The notes: generated by a model from the letters alone, not told the origin. Numbered from the stretch's first letter, positions 32,546-43,650 are shown. The stretch is 64,000 nucleotides of DNA from an uncultured Nitrospiraceae bacterium (GCA_963727805.1 CAVSHF010000003.1:1952001-2016000), one strand, 5' to 3'. Made by a program: numbers and translations.

Positions 32546-33520
32546 ATGAATAATTTGATATGGCTTAGTTGGGATAACCACAGACGAAGTTATGAACTTG
32601 CCAAAAAGCTTGCAGTGCGATTTCACGTTATTGGCAGAGGGTATTGGCGTATTTTTGACCCAATTATTCCCTCTTTGAGAACCTTACTGTTTCTTGCTTT
32701 TCGAAATTATAAAATCATAATAGTGCAAAATCCTTCTCTCATACTTACGTGCATAGTGTGTTTATTAAAACCTTTAAAGGGGTTTCGCATTATACAAGAT
32801 TTACATTCGTACTTTGCTAGTCATATCGATAAGGGTGTTGGTCTCCGAGGCAAAATATATCGTCTCCTTTCTATATATTGCATTATAAAATGTGATCTCA
32901 CAATTGTTACAAACGAGCCACTAAAAGAAGTGGTCGATAAATATGGAGGAAGAGGTTTTGTTCTACAAGATACAATTCCGGACATTGCCAGCATTGATAA
33001 AGCAGAATTAGTAAAAAGAAATAATGTTGTTTTCATCTGCACTTATGCAGCAGATGAGCCTTACATTGAAGTTATAGAAGCCGGAAGAGCACTTTTAAAT
33101 GAAGTCGATATATTTATTACAGGCAATCCGCGTCATGCTAATGATTTGGACAAAATGAATATTCCTCCGAATATAAAAATTACGGGTTTTCTTACTGAGA
33201 ATAATTATATAGCACTTTTGAGAAATTCAGATGCAATTATTGACCTCACAACGCTGGAGAACTGTCTTGTATGCGGTGCATACGAAGCAGTGGCCCTGGA
33301 AAAACCGTTAGTTACATCTAATACCCAAACACTTAGAGATTATTTTTACAAAGGGACAATATATTCAGACAATAATAGATATTCACTCATAGATAACATT
33401 CGTGAAGCGCTGGAAAATAAATCTAAGCTAAGAAAAGAGATGAAATTATTAAAATCTGAACTTAATAATCAGTGGAGCCAAAAATTTGAAAAGTTAAAAT
33501 CATTAATCCATGAAGAGTAA
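32546..33520 (+). CDS. glycosyltransferase (GT-B, GT4-like)
   Basis: IVQNPS, QDLHS, TYAADEP, TGFL, CGAYEAVALEKPLVTS; AT-rich. Confidence 0.75.
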   Translation: MNNLIWLSWDNHRRSYELAKKLAVRFHVIGRGYWRIFDPIIPSLRTLLFLAFRNYKIIIVQNPSLILTCIVCLLKPLKGFRIIQDLHSYFASHIDKGVGLRGKIYRLLSIYCIIKCDLTIVTNEPLKEVVDKYGGRGFVLQDTIPDIASIDKAELVKRNNVVFICTYAADEPYIEVIEAGRALLNEVDIFITGNPRHANDLDKMNIPPNIKITGFLTENNYIALLRNSDAIIDLTTLENCLVCGAYEAVALEKPLVTSNTQTLRDYFYKGTIYSDNNRYSLIDNIREALENKSKLRKEMKLLKSELNNQWSQKFEKLKSLIHEE

Positions 33521-33630
33521 TGTAGATACCCACGGGCATGCCCGTAGCCCTTACGACTTAGTTGTTACATTCACCCGCGCGGATACGCGTGTAACTCTGC
33601 CCATAGGTTAGACATAGGGAGGCAACTCAT

Positions 33631-34431
33631 ATGTACGTGTGTCCGGATTGTAAAACAAGTCTTGAACGACTATATTGTAAGTCATGTAGAACACAATTTG
33701 CTCAAGAAGAAGGAATTCCAATTCTACTCTCGCGAGAGGAACGATTACAGTCTGTCAATCAAATCAGGAATGTTTATGACAAAATATATTCAAATCGATC
33801 TCTAGTATGGGAAGATCAGGGAAGAACTCCAGAATTCTTGAGTTACTTCGCAAATTTAGCAGAGAAGTTTTCTGGAGACAGGATTCTGGAAGTTGGCTGT
33901 GGAGAAGGTTTTCTACTGAACTCTCTAATTGCCAAAAAAAAGTTTGCAGTTGATATTTCTAAAGAAGCCCTACAAAAAACAAAAAATCTTACCAACGCTG
34001 AATGTGCAGTCGCAATGGCTGAAAAGCTTCCTTTTCAAGAAAACTGGTTTAACCTTGTAGTAAGTGTGGGAGTTATGGAACATTTTTTGGATGATTATGC
34101 AGCCACATCAGAAATATCGCGTGTGCTCAAACCGGGCGGATATTATCTGGTATTGATTCATGCCAAATTAACTTTTTTGCAAAAAATTATGCAAAAACTG
34201 AATGAATATATATTTCCGCGTTTCAGACCGATAAAATTGACACGCTGGCTTATTAGCAAGATATATAAGCCTATATATCAACCAATTCAACGAAAATATA
34301 CCGTAGAAGAGTGTAAGATATGCCTGGAGCGTAGTGGATTTCATATCGACCACATTATATCAAAATCAACTGATTCATCTGCCCCATTAATTGGTACTCA
34401 TGTTAAAATATTTATTACGCGTAAGTTATGA
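33631..34431 (+). CDS. class I SAM-dependent methyltransferase with N-terminal Trm112-like Zn knuckle
   Basis: CPDC...CKSC...GIP, LEVGCGEG, VDIS, AEKLPF, VMEH, RVLKPGG; GGGAGG RBS. Confidence 0.85.
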   Translation: MYVCPDCKTSLERLYCKSCRTQFAQEEGIPILLSREERLQSVNQIRNVYDKIYSNRSLVWEDQGRTPEFLSYFANLAEKFSGDRILEVGCGEGFLLNSLIAKKKFAVDISKEALQKTKNLTNAECAVAMAEKLPFQENWFNLVVSVGVMEHFLDDYAATSEISRVLKPGGYYLVLIHAKLTFLQKIMQKLNEYIFPRFRPIKLTRWLISKIYKPIYQPIQRKYTVEECKICLERSGFHIDHIISKSTDSSAPLIGTHVKIFITRKL

Positions 34432-34564
34432 CAATATGTTTCTAGTTGGTGCAAGCAGTTAATAACGCACCCGGCCTTCAAGGTTTGGGGTTCTAGGTTA
34501 ATCGTCGGCATGATGGTCTTAATAGTACCGTGCACCTACGGCAAATAAATTTTCTTAGCGCCGT

Positions 34565-35045
34565 CCAGAAACTTAGCTATGTAATGGGCTATGCTGGCAG
34601 CCTGTTTTGCCTTGCAGAAAGGGCTGCACAAGTTGGTTTTAACCGAAGAATGAAAGGGTTTGCATCTTGGCGTGACAACCTTTACGCCCACTGTCGCAAG
34701 AAGATATAAGAGGCATTTCATTGCAAGGTCACAGATACCTATGGTTGTGGCGACGGCATACAAATAGCTGCTCAATGCGGTATGAGCAACGGTGCATTTC
34801 ACATCTTCATGCCTCACATAGTCTTTGAAATGGTGGATGATTATGGCCTCCCGGTAGAGCCTGGAGATGTTGGGAATATCCTGTTAACGCGTCTAGACGT
34901 CGGGGCTATGCCACTGATCCGCTATAAAGTAGGCGATATCGGGAGAAAAAGCACAACCGAGACCTGTCCGTGCGGGAGGGGATTGGAGATGCTCTCGAAA
35001 CAGAGGGGCGGGACACCGATATCATAGTCACTCCGAATGGAAAAG
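34565..35045 (+). pseudogene. decayed second CapK/phenylacetate-CoA-ligase-family gene
   Basis: Reads GYAGSLFCLA...KKI*EAFHCKVTDTYGCGDGIQIAAQCG...LTRLDVGAMPLIRYKVGDIG...CPCGRGL, then frameshifts into GRDTDIIVTPNGK. Confidence 0.8.
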
Positions 35046-35336
35046 GTTTTTCTACAGGTGTAACGCCAAAATGATACTGTCCTATATTGCCTAAGTGGAA
35101 ATGTCCTATTGACTATCTCCGAATAGTCGATTCTCATCCATGATGTATCATGTAGTGGGATAATTAAGAAAATTTAATTTTAATCTCGCGGTAGCATGCT
35201 ATAATGACATCGTCAACATGTGCTGCATTTTAACATTGGGGATAATCAAACGTGAGTGAAAGAATTGGCAGCTATCATTACAGTTGATAGCCAGACAATA
35301 TCTACTAATCTCTGATAGAAGAAAGAAGGTGGCTTT

Positions 35337-36290
35337 ATGAATTTTCAAGAAGTGAGATCCATCATAGGCTCGACGTTGTTGCTGATGCTCCTGATCGGGT
35401 ATGCATCGGCTGCCTCAGTCCCGCGGAATGAGTGCTCAAATCCGCCTGCCGGAACTATATTTTGTGAGGATTTCGAAGGCACCAATCCTAAGTCAGACTT
35501 TGACGACTACGACGGAAATCTCGACTCGGAAAACCAGATCGTAACGGATAGCGGACCATCGGGCGACTCATCTAACAAGGTGATTCGATTACGGGTGCCC
35601 GCCGGCCAAGGAGGTGACTCAGATCTGTTAAAGGTGTTACCAGGCAGTTACGACAAACTCTACGCCCGCTGGTATTTCAAGTACGAAGTCGGGTTCAACT
35701 TCGGTGCGCGCAATCATGGTGGTGGTCTCGCTGCCGGAGACAGGACTTTTGTCGGCCAATCGGGCATACGTCCGAATGGCACCGACTTTGCCGGGTTTTA
35801 TGTTCAGTATCAGGAGAACACAGCCATACCGTATGCTTATAGTTATTATCGCGGGATGTACCAGGACTGTGCTGACCCAAATGGCAGTTGCTGGGGCGAT
35901 TCTTTGCCCTGTGTTTATGACAATGGAGCATACTATTGCACAAAGCCGCAAGATCAACCCGTTGTTGCCCTGCCCAACTTAGTTGCAGGACAATGGTACT
36001 GCGTGGAAGAGATGCTGGATATGGGGACGCCCACCGCCACTAACCAAGCGGCTAATGGCCAATTGGCACTCTGGCTGGATTCAAACTTAATTGGCGATTT
36101 TCAAAACCTATGGATCAGAACGAATGCTAACCTTAAGATCCAGAACCTTTGGTTGAACCTGTATCACCATGATGGTACCCACTCCGTGGTTGGCGAACTC
36201 ATTGACAACGTGGTTGTTTCTACGCAACGCATCGGATGTGGTACTGCTAGTCGGCCTTCGCCGCCCGCGAGTCTTCGAGTCATCCAATGA
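35337..36290 (+). CDS. secreted beta-sandwich protein (polysaccharide-lyase/ConA-like), Cys-rich
   Basis: Signal peptide (..ASA), IFCEDFE, LYARWYFKY, GQWYCVE, GQLALWLD, IDNVVVSTQRIGC, C-terminal PSPPASLRVIQ. Confidence 0.65.
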   Translation: MNFQEVRSIIGSTLLLMLLIGYASAASVPRNECSNPPAGTIFCEDFEGTNPKSDFDDYDGNLDSENQIVTDSGPSGDSSNKVIRLRVPAGQGGDSDLLKVLPGSYDKLYARWYFKYEVGFNFGARNHGGGLAAGDRTFVGQSGIRPNGTDFAGFYVQYQENTAIPYAYSYYRGMYQDCADPNGSCWGDSLPCVYDNGAYYCTKPQDQPVVALPNLVAGQWYCVEEMLDMGTPTATNQAANGQLALWLDSNLIGDFQNLWIRTNANLKIQNLWLNLYHHDGTHSVVGELIDNVVVSTQRIGCGTASRPSPPASLRVIQ

Positions 36291-36317
36291 TAGGGAGTTG
36301 CTTTGATGATAAGCGGC

Positions 36318-36500
36318 AAAGGGATTCTGGTTGACGAACGAATTGCATTACAGGGGGTTCGCACCAAGAAGTACTAGCCTCAGGAACTCCAGCGCATTGT
36401 GTTTTATCATGACGAGCGTCAGAGGGTTTTAACGTCTTTGACAAACTATCTCAAACTGGCTACATCAACAATTCCACCAATTGATAGCTAGCGATAGCAA
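36318..36500 (+). mobile_element. IS4-family transposase remnant
   Basis: KGILVDERIALQG...Y*PQELQRIVFYHDERQRVLTSLTN...STI...*R*Q resembles the LRRV..D......FLTN....A..IA..Y..RWQ segment of IS4 DDE transposases; several stops. Confidence 0.6.
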
Positions 36501-36710
36501 AAAAGAGCCGTGTTCTTACGGAGATGTTCGTTCAGCGAAAGAGTCTGATAGATATTCTGACACTTAACCCCGATCGTCTCACTGCAGCGCGCAGACTTGC
36601 TGCAAGAGGTGTTATTTTAACCGTTCAGTAGTTGGATTGAAGTATAAACCTGAAGCCATGTATAACCAAGCTCCTTTCAAAGAATAGGATGTGCCCTCAT
36701 TGTTGAAATC

Positions 36711-36949
36711 GAAACTTTATAAACGCACCCTATTGCTCATCACGACAAACCTGATCGTCGGAGAATGGTTGCAGGTCTTTGAAGGGAGTAAGATGACAAC
36801 TGCCCTCCTGAACAGGCTCATACATCACTGTAATATCATCGAAACTGGAAACGATGGCTAGAGAATTAAGTCAGAAATTCAAATTAAAACTGACCGCCTG
36901 GAGGGATTTTTGGACGCCAACGGTGGGTTAATATTCAATGTCGATTAAC
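36711..36949 (+). mobile_element. istB: IS21-family istB C-terminal remnant plus degenerate right end
   Basis: [52 protein letters not shown], followed by IS21-like end repeats GGGATTTTTGGACGCCAACGGTGGGTTAATATTCAATGTCGATTAAC. Confidence 0.75.
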
Positions 36950-37285
36950 TTATCTGCACAAAAATAGGGCTCACTTTATTCCGAAATATCTCCCATATTA
37001 AGAATATTTAATAATTTCTTAATCGATTCTTCACCTTAGGGTGTTAGGATATATTGACTGTATATTTTAATTGCATGTAGAGCGCATGCCTTTTCAAGAA
37101 CAAGTAACTATCGCAAGCGCTTTAGATTAGTGCGCTGATACGGATAAGTATATTTCTTTATTATAAGTATTATTAGTATGGTGATCAAGATCACAAAATA
37201 TTTTCCCATTTTGACCGATATTATTAACAGAGCGTCGACTCACGTTAGTTAGCAAAGATAAAGTAACCGCACGGAGGGTAAAGTT

Positions 37286-38368
37286 ATGCATTTTGTTAAA
37301 TTGACAAAGATCACAGTCTTAATAGTTCTTGCGTTGTTAATATCACCACTTGGCGTTCACGCTGCCCCGGTAGTCTCTGCGGAAAATGGCACGTTCACGC
37401 ATGGGCAAACGGTTACGATTACTGGGTCAGGTTTCGGCACAAAATCACCTGTTGCACCTTTACAGTGGGACCCTGTCGACGGGATGTATTCAAGTATATC
37501 ACAGGGCGCCACAGTCCCCACCGGAGGTTCTAATCCTTGGAACTCTTCCGGTGGTGCTGATATGTATAACCCTACATTCATTACCACTAATCCAAGAGGA
37601 AAATGGACAGCAAAATATACAAACGCATCATCTCCTTCTTCTGTTCACAATGCGGTACTTGGGGAGAAATCGTGGGCTGCTTGTTCTACAGCTAAATTAT
37701 ATTTAAGTTATTGGCTTTATCCTCATCAAAATCCATCAAATCCCGGTGCATCTAACAAATATATGAGAATAACTGATAATGGTGGATGGTCTTCAAGTGT
37801 TAGTTGGCTTATTTGGGACCCAGGTTCCGGGGATATATCTACTTATAGTGTTGCCACCGATTATACAGGGGAAATTTATGAATCAACAGACGGGACAGTA
37901 GGCGCATGGAATAGATTAGAACTTACAATTGATAATTCTGTAAGTCCACATCCTGCTGTTTCTACAAGTATGAATAATGTTTCTCAAGGATCATTTCGGT
38001 CAAGTCAATCTATAGCTCCGTTAATTGGTATCTACACTATAGGTGCTGATTGGACTAATGCACAAAACAGTCCAATTGCTCAATTAGATTGGGGTGAGAT
38101 TTACGTCGATAGTACCTTGGCTAGAGTCGAAATCTGCAATGCAGCCACAAAAACATCGAGCAATCATTGTGAGATTCAGATACCCACGACACAATGGATA
38201 GACGGGCAGTTGCAAATACAAGTCAATCAGGGCAGTTTCGCTAATGGTTCAACTGCCTATCTCTACGTCGTCGATGCAAGTGGCAATGTAAGTGCTGGGA
38301 ATAAAATTACCTTTGGATCATCTGGAACAACTGGAACAGAGCAACCAAGCGCGCCGATTCTTAATTAG
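37286..38368 (+). CDS. secreted protein with IPT/TIG-like N-terminus and ConA-like core
   Basis: GGAGGG RBS, signal peptide (VHA/A), GQTVTITGSGFGTK, YVDSTLARVEIC, VNQGSF..AYLYVVDASG, C-terminal PSAPILN. Confidence 0.7.
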   Translation: MHFVKLTKITVLIVLALLISPLGVHAAPVVSAENGTFTHGQTVTITGSGFGTKSPVAPLQWDPVDGMYSSISQGATVPTGGSNPWNSSGGADMYNPTFITTNPRGKWTAKYTNASSPSSVHNAVLGEKSWAACSTAKLYLSYWLYPHQNPSNPGASNKYMRITDNGGWSSSVSWLIWDPGSGDISTYSVATDYTGEIYESTDGTVGAWNRLELTIDNSVSPHPAVSTSMNNVSQGSFRSSQSIAPLIGIYTIGADWTNAQNSPIAQLDWGEIYVDSTLARVEICNAATKTSSNHCEIQIPTTQWIDGQLQIQVNQGSFANGSTAYLYVVDASGNVSAGNKITFGSSGTTGTEQPSAPILN

Positions 38369-38407
38369 TTAACGATTTAGGGTTACTACTAAAAGCGATA
38401 CACTAAA

Positions 38408-38446
38408 AGAGAAGGGACCTACAGATTGCCTGCAGGTCCCTTCTCT
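38408..38446 (+). terminator. stem-loop, probable terminator
   Basis: AGAGAAGGGACCT...AGGTCCCTTCTCT inverted repeat about 40 bp after the stop at 38368. Confidence 0.6.
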
Positions 38447-38940
38447 CGAACCCGACTTTTGCCAATATTCCAGCCACCGTTCGTAAGTATATGAAATTGC
38501 CTCTGAAATCACACACCATAGCGACTACCCAAATAAATCCTGACCCGGTTACCTCTAAAATGGCGGAAAATGGCCGTATTGTAAATTTTTCTATTTGACT
38601 CTACAAGTGCGATGCAGGACAATATTGCGAGAAAAATATATTCTCATCCACTAAAGCGAATCACCAAGCGGAGGAGAAAAGAGATGTTCCGGCAAAACTG
38701 GACAGCGACAACACGGGAACTTGGTGATTATTAGACCCTTACAATGTTCGGCGGTGGCATCAAGGTCCTGACGAGCGGACACCGGATGAGATTTACTGAA
38801 CTATTCTACCTCAGAGGCAGGTGTCTTTATGAACATGAGCAGCTTATCACTTAAAAGCTCCTTTACACTGTCCAAACAACCCCGACCACCTTAAAATATT
38901 GCCTGGCATGTTTTCAAATCACCCATAATTGTTTCACAAT

Positions 38941-39334
38941 TAACGCAGTTTAGCCCCAGAAAATACCCTATGGATGATGATTTACAATTTCCCCTTAATG
39001 TGGTAGTGTTGAAGTATGTTAAAAAAATCAGTACTCAGAAGAGTTGCCATCAACCTTTAATGTTGAGGACTCGTAAAAAGTCTAATGATTCGAATATTTT
39101 TGTTTTTTAGGGGGAAAATGACTTCACCATATGCTCTACAATCGACTATTTCATATCAACACATGGTAAAGTGGCCCATAAAAAAAAACGATTTTCACCA
39201 GTCGCCGACTTTTTGCGAGGCCGTCAATCTTCATTCATCGATTTTTTGTTACGCTGCCACTGACCGTATCAAGTTACCCAAGTTGCGTTATAGAGGCGCA
39301 TATGTCAACTAACCCTTAAAAGAAGGAGGATCTT
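38941..39334 (+). repeat. upstream region of adhesin 1, duplicated at 43713-44106
   Basis: Both begin TAACGCAGTTTA.CCC.AGAAAATACCCTAT and align to AAGGAGGATCTTGTGACAAG. Confidence 0.9.
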
Positions 39335-42300
39335 GTGACAAGACGAATTTCTTTAGCTGTTTGGCTGTTGGCAGTTTTTTTAATGGTTTTTGCGAGCCCT
39401 GTGCTCACTTATGCCGAACCCTTTGCGTATATCACGAACTATTACGATGATACCGTCCAAGTCATTGATTTGTCTAACAACCAGATAGTAACTGGTGGCG
39501 ACTTACCGATTGATGTGGGGTCTGCCCCTATCGGCATAACGATGAACCCTGCGGCCAAAATCGCCTACGTAACTAATTACGGCGACGGTCTGTCTGCCAG
39601 TACGGTTTCGGTTATAGATACTTCATCAAATGAAGTGATCGGTTCGCCGATTAATGTGGGGATTGGCCCTATCGGCATCGCGGTGAACCCTGCGGGCACT
39701 TTTATCTATGTAGCCAATCAAGGCTCTAGTACAGTCTCGGTTATTAATACCTCAACTGGGTTGCCAGTACTTGGTACGCCGATTGCTTTACCTGCGGGGA
39801 GTGCGCCCAATGGCATAGCAATTGACCCCTCAGGCGCTTTTGTCTATGTAACCAATGAAGGCACAGATCTGCTGCCGGATAGTACAGTCTCGGTTATTAA
39901 TACATCAACTAACACGGTCAGTTCAACAATTCCTGTGGGGAGTAGACCTTTTGGCATAACAATAAACCCTGCCGGCACCCGCGCCTACGTGACTAATTCC
40001 GTCGATGGCACGGTGTCAGTAATTAATACTTCTTCCAAGAGCGTCATAGATACTATTACTTTGTATGACACATCAGCTAACCCGCATGGCATAGCAGTAA
40101 GCCCTGACGGGAACAAAGTCTATGTGGCCAATTACATCGATCATACCGTCTCAGTCATTGACGTACAAAATGATAATGATGTAGAAATCATTTCGAGTGT
40201 GGCGCCTATTACACCTATTGATGTGGGTGTTGGAGCCGGTCCTTATGGCATTGATGTAAAACCTGACGGGACCGAAGTCTATGTAGCTAACAGCATTACC
40301 GGTACAGTCTCGGCTATCAATACGACAACTTATCTGACAGTTCTGATTCCTTCTGTGGGGGCTGGCCCTCGTGGATTCGGTAAGTTTGTTCAAATCCCCA
40401 CCTATACGATCACGACATCGGTCCCTGGTGGAAACGGGACCATAGGCTGCACCACACCGGTAAACTACGGCGGCAGCTCCACATGCACGATCACGCCGGC
40501 TACTGGCTACCATCTGGCGACCCTGACGGATAATACCGTCAATGTGATTGGTTCGGTGAGCGGCAGCACTTACACCATAACCAACGTGACTGCGGCCCAT
40601 GCTGTGGCGGGCACCTTTGCCATCAACACCTATGCGATCACGACATCGGTCCCTGGTGGAAACGGTACCATAGTCTGCACCACACCGGTGAACTACGGCA
40701 GCAGCTCCACATGCACGATCACGCCGGCTACTGGCTACTCTCTGGCGACCCTGACGGATAATACCGTCAATGTGATTGGTTCGGTGAGCGGCAGCACCTA
40801 CACCATAACCAACGTGACTGCGGCCCATGCTGTGGCGGGTACCTTTGCCATCAACACCTATGCGATCACGACATCGGTCCCTGGTGGAAACGGTACCATA
40901 GTCTGCACCACACCGGTGAACTACGGCGGCAGCTCCACATGCACGATCACGCCGGCTACTGGCTACTCTCTGGCGACCCTGACGGATAATACCGTCAATG
41001 TGATTGGTTCGGTGAGCGGCAGCACCTACACCATAACCAACGTGACTGCGGCCCATGCTGTGGCGGGTACCTTTGCCATCAGCACGTTTACGATCACGAC
41101 ATCGGTCCCTGGTGGAAACGGTACCATAGGCTGCACCACACCGGTAAACTACGGCGGCAGCTCCACATGCACGATCACGCCGGCTACTGGCTACCATCTG
41201 GCGACCCTGACGGATAATACCGTCAATGTGATTGGTTCGGTGAGCGGCAGCACCTACACCATAACCAACGTGACTGCGGCCCATGCTGTGGCGGGCACCT
41301 TTGCCATCAACACCTATGCGATCACGACATCGGTCCCTGGTGGAAACGGTACCATAGTCTGCACCACACCGGTGAACTACGGCGGCAGCTCCACATGCAC
41401 GATCACGCCGGCTACTGGTTACTCTCTGGCGACCCTGACGGATAATACCGTCAATGTGATTGGTTCGGTGAGCGGCAGCACCTACACCATAACCAACGTG
41501 ACTGCGGCCCATGCTGTGGCGGGCACCTTTGCCATCAACACCTATGCGATCACGACATCGGTCCCTGGTGGAAACGGTACCATAGTCTGCACCACACCGG
41601 TGAACTACGGCGGCAGCTCCACATGCACGATCACGCCGGCTACTGGCTACTCTCTGGCGACCCTGACGGATAATACCGTCAATGTGATTGGTTCGGTGAG
41701 CGGCAGCACCTACACCATAACCAACGTGACTGCGGCCCATGCTGTGGCGGGCACCTTTGCCATCAACACCTATGCGATCACGACATCGGTCCCTGGTGGA
41801 AACGGTACCATAGTCTGCACCACACCGGTAAACTACGGCGGCAGCTCCACATGCACGATCACGCCGGCTACTGGTTACTCTCTGGCGACCCTGACGGATA
41901 ATACCGTCAATGTGATTGGTTCGGTGAGCGGCAGCACCTACACCATAACCAACGTGACTGCGGCCCATGCTGTGGCGGGCACCTTTGCCATCAACACCTA
42001 TGCGATCACAACATCGATCACTGGTGGAAACGGGACCTTAACCTGCACCACACCGGTAAACTACGGCGGCAGCTCCACATGCACGATCACGCCGGCTACT
42101 GGCTACCATCTGGCGACCCTGACGGATAATACCGTCAATGTGATTGGTTCGGTGAGCGGCAGCACCTACACCATAACCAACGTGACTGCGGCCCATGCCG
42201 TGGCGGGCACCTTTGCCATCAACACCTATGCGATCACGACATCGGTCCCTGGTGGAAACGGTACCATAGTCTGCACCACACCGGTGAACTACGGCAGCAG

Positions 42301-43288
42301 CTCCACATGCACGATCACGCCGGCTACTAATTACTATCTGGCGACCCTGACGGATAATACCGTCAATGTGATTGGTTCGGTGAGCGGCAGCACCTACACC
42401 ATAACCAACGTGACTGCGGCCCATGCTGTGGCGGGCGCCTTTGCCCGTTATGCGTCTCAAATCGGCGTTTTCAGAAACGGGACGTGGTATCTTGACTACC
42501 CTGGGACGGGCACATGGGTTGGCTGCGGAACAACCTCCAGCACTGATCGCTGTTACGCATTCGGGTTAACAACTGACATGCCGGTGGTTGGCGATTGGAG
42601 TGCCTCCGGTAAAACAAAGATCGGCATTTTCAGAAATGGCAACTGGTATCTTGACTACCCTGGGACGGCCACATGGGTTGGCTGCGGAGCCCCTGCCGAT
42701 CCGACGAAAGATGGCTGCATAGCCTTTGGCATCGCCAGCGATATCCTGGTAGTCGGCGACTGGAATGGAGACGGCCACTCCAAGATAGGAGTGTTCAGAA
42801 ACGGGATGTGGTATCTTGACTACTCTGGGACGTACGCTGCTACTGGCACATGGGCAGGGTGCGGAGCGCCTGCGGATCCGACAAAAGCTGCCTGCATAGC
42901 CTGGGGCGTCGCTGGCGATATCCCGGTAGTCGGTGACTGGAGTGGAAACGGCAAAAGCAGTATAGGGGTGTTCAGAAACGGGACGTGGTATCTTGACTAC
43001 CCTGGGACGGGCACATGGGTTGGCTGCGGAACGACCTCCAGCACTGATCGCTGTTACGCATTCGGCTTGCCAACCGATATTCCGGTGGTTGGCGATTGGA
43101 ATGCCTCCGGTAGCACAAAGATCGGCATTTTCAGAAGCGGCAACTGGTATCTTGACTACTCTGGGACCTACGCTGCTACTGGCATATGGGCGGGATGCGG
43201 AGCGCCTGCGGATCCGACGAAAGCTGCCTGCAAAGCCTGGGGCATCGCTGGCGATATCCCGGTTGTAGGCAACTGGAATGGTCTATAG
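39335..43288 (+). CDS. secreted adhesin-like protein: YVTN beta-propeller + 9 InlB-B-like repeats + five FG-GAP-like repeats
   Basis: GTG start after AGGAGG; signal peptide; AYVTN/YVAN blades; 76-aa tandem repeats; IGVFRNGxWYLD...VVGDW x5. Confidence 0.85.
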   Translation: MTRRISLAVWLLAVFLMVFASPVLTYAEPFAYITNYYDDTVQVIDLSNNQIVTGGDLPIDVGSAPIGITMNPAAKIAYVTNYGDGLSASTVSVIDTSSNEVIGSPINVGIGPIGIAVNPAGTFIYVANQGSSTVSVINTSTGLPVLGTPIALPAGSAPNGIAIDPSGAFVYVTNEGTDLLPDSTVSVINTSTNTVSSTIPVGSRPFGITINPAGTRAYVTNSVDGTVSVINTSSKSVIDTITLYDTSANPHGIAVSPDGNKVYVANYIDHTVSVIDVQNDNDVEIISSVAPITPIDVGVGAGPYGIDVKPDGTEVYVANSITGTVSAINTTTYLTVLIPSVGAGPRGFGKFVQIPTYTITTSVPGGNGTIGCTTPVNYGGSSTCTITPATGYHLATLTDNTVNVIGSVSGSTYTITNVTAAHAVAGTFAINTYAITTSVPGGNGTIVCTTPVNYGSSSTCTITPATGYSLATLTDNTVNVIGSVSGSTYTITNVTAAHAVAGTFAINTYAITTSVPGGNGTIVCTTPVNYGGSSTCTITPATGYSLATLTDNTVNVIGSVSGSTYTITNVTAAHAVAGTFAISTFTITTSVPGGNGTIGCTTPVNYGGSSTCTITPATGYHLATLTDNTVNVIGSVSGSTYTITNVTAAHAVAGTFAINTYAITTSVPGGNGTIVCTTPVNYGGSSTCTITPATGYSLATLTDNTVNVIGSVSGSTYTITNVTAAHAVAGTFAINTYAITTSVPGGNGTIVCTTPVNYGGSSTCTITPATGYSLATLTDNTVNVIGSVSGSTYTITNVTAAHAVAGTFAINTYAITTSVPGGNGTIVCTTPVNYGGSSTCTITPATGYSLATLTDNTVNVIGSVSGSTYTITNVTAAHAVAGTFAINTYAITTSITGGNGTLTCTTPVNYGGSSTCTITPATGYHLATLTDNTVNVIGSVSGSTYTITNVTAAHAVAGTFAINTYAITTSVPGGNGTIVCTTPVNYGSSSTCTITPATNYYLATLTDNTVNVIGSVSGSTYTITNVTAAHAVAGAFARYASQIGVFRNGTWYLDYPGTGTWVGCGTTSSTDRCYAFGLTTDMPVVGDWSASGKTKIGIFRNGNWYLDYPGTATWVGCGAPADPTKDGCIAFGIASDILVVGDWNGDGHSKIGVFRNGMWYLDYSGTYAATGTWAGCGAPADPTKAACIAWGVAGDIPVVGDWSGNGKSSIGVFRNGTWYLDYPGTGTWVGCGTTSSTDRCYAFGLPTDIPVVGDWNASGSTKIGIFRSGNWYLDYSGTYAATGIWAGCGAPADPTKAACKAWGIAGDIPVVGNWNGL
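40400..42447 (+). repeat. nine near-identical 228-bp coding tandem repeats
   Basis: Unit TYxITTSVPGGNGTI.CTTPVNYG.SSTCTITPATGY.LATLTDN...GTFAIN recurs every 228 bp. Confidence 0.95.
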
Positions 43289-43401
43289 ATGTGTTGTCTT
43301 ACGGCATCTGTTACCAGCGACATGAAATGTCGGCGGTGCATAGGATGATGGAGCGGCAGATAAATGATATCTGACGTTTAGTCTGATCGGCATTTAATAG
43401 T

Positions 43402-43449
43402 TCACTCCTAAAGAGAGGCTGACACGACATCACCTCTCTTTAGGAGTGA
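43402..43449 (+). terminator. 17-bp perfect inverted repeat with 14-nt loop
   Basis: TCACTCCTAAAGAGAGG-CTGACACGACATCA-CCTCTCTTTAGGAGTGA; paralogous copy at 50048-50095. Confidence 0.65.
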
Positions 43450-43650
43450 GAATATCTTTAGCCTCTGGGGTGTTTCTCAAGCCAATAACCTTATAACAAT
43501 CCCGGGGTACAACCAACCAATTAGAATTTACGGCGGAAATCCTCCTCGGGCTATGAATCCGAGATGAAAGCCGTTCCGTTTATCGGAGAATCATCGTAAA
43601 ACACCGTCACTTCAGGGCCGTGATTGAGGCTTGACAGATATAAGACGTTT

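Noticed and set aside
38450..38940. Possible decayed gene or ncRNA in the intergenic gap
   Set aside because: No motif or structure I could support by eye.
39085..39312. ORFs in the duplicated leader (also 43816-44091)
   Set aside because: The reading frame is not conserved between the copies after the first ~30 codons; similarity reflects DNA duplication only.
40151..42460. Long antisense and alternate-frame ORFs over the adhesins (also 46091-46936, 48892-49932, 62988-63758)
   Set aside because: Shadows produced by repeating a stop-free unit.
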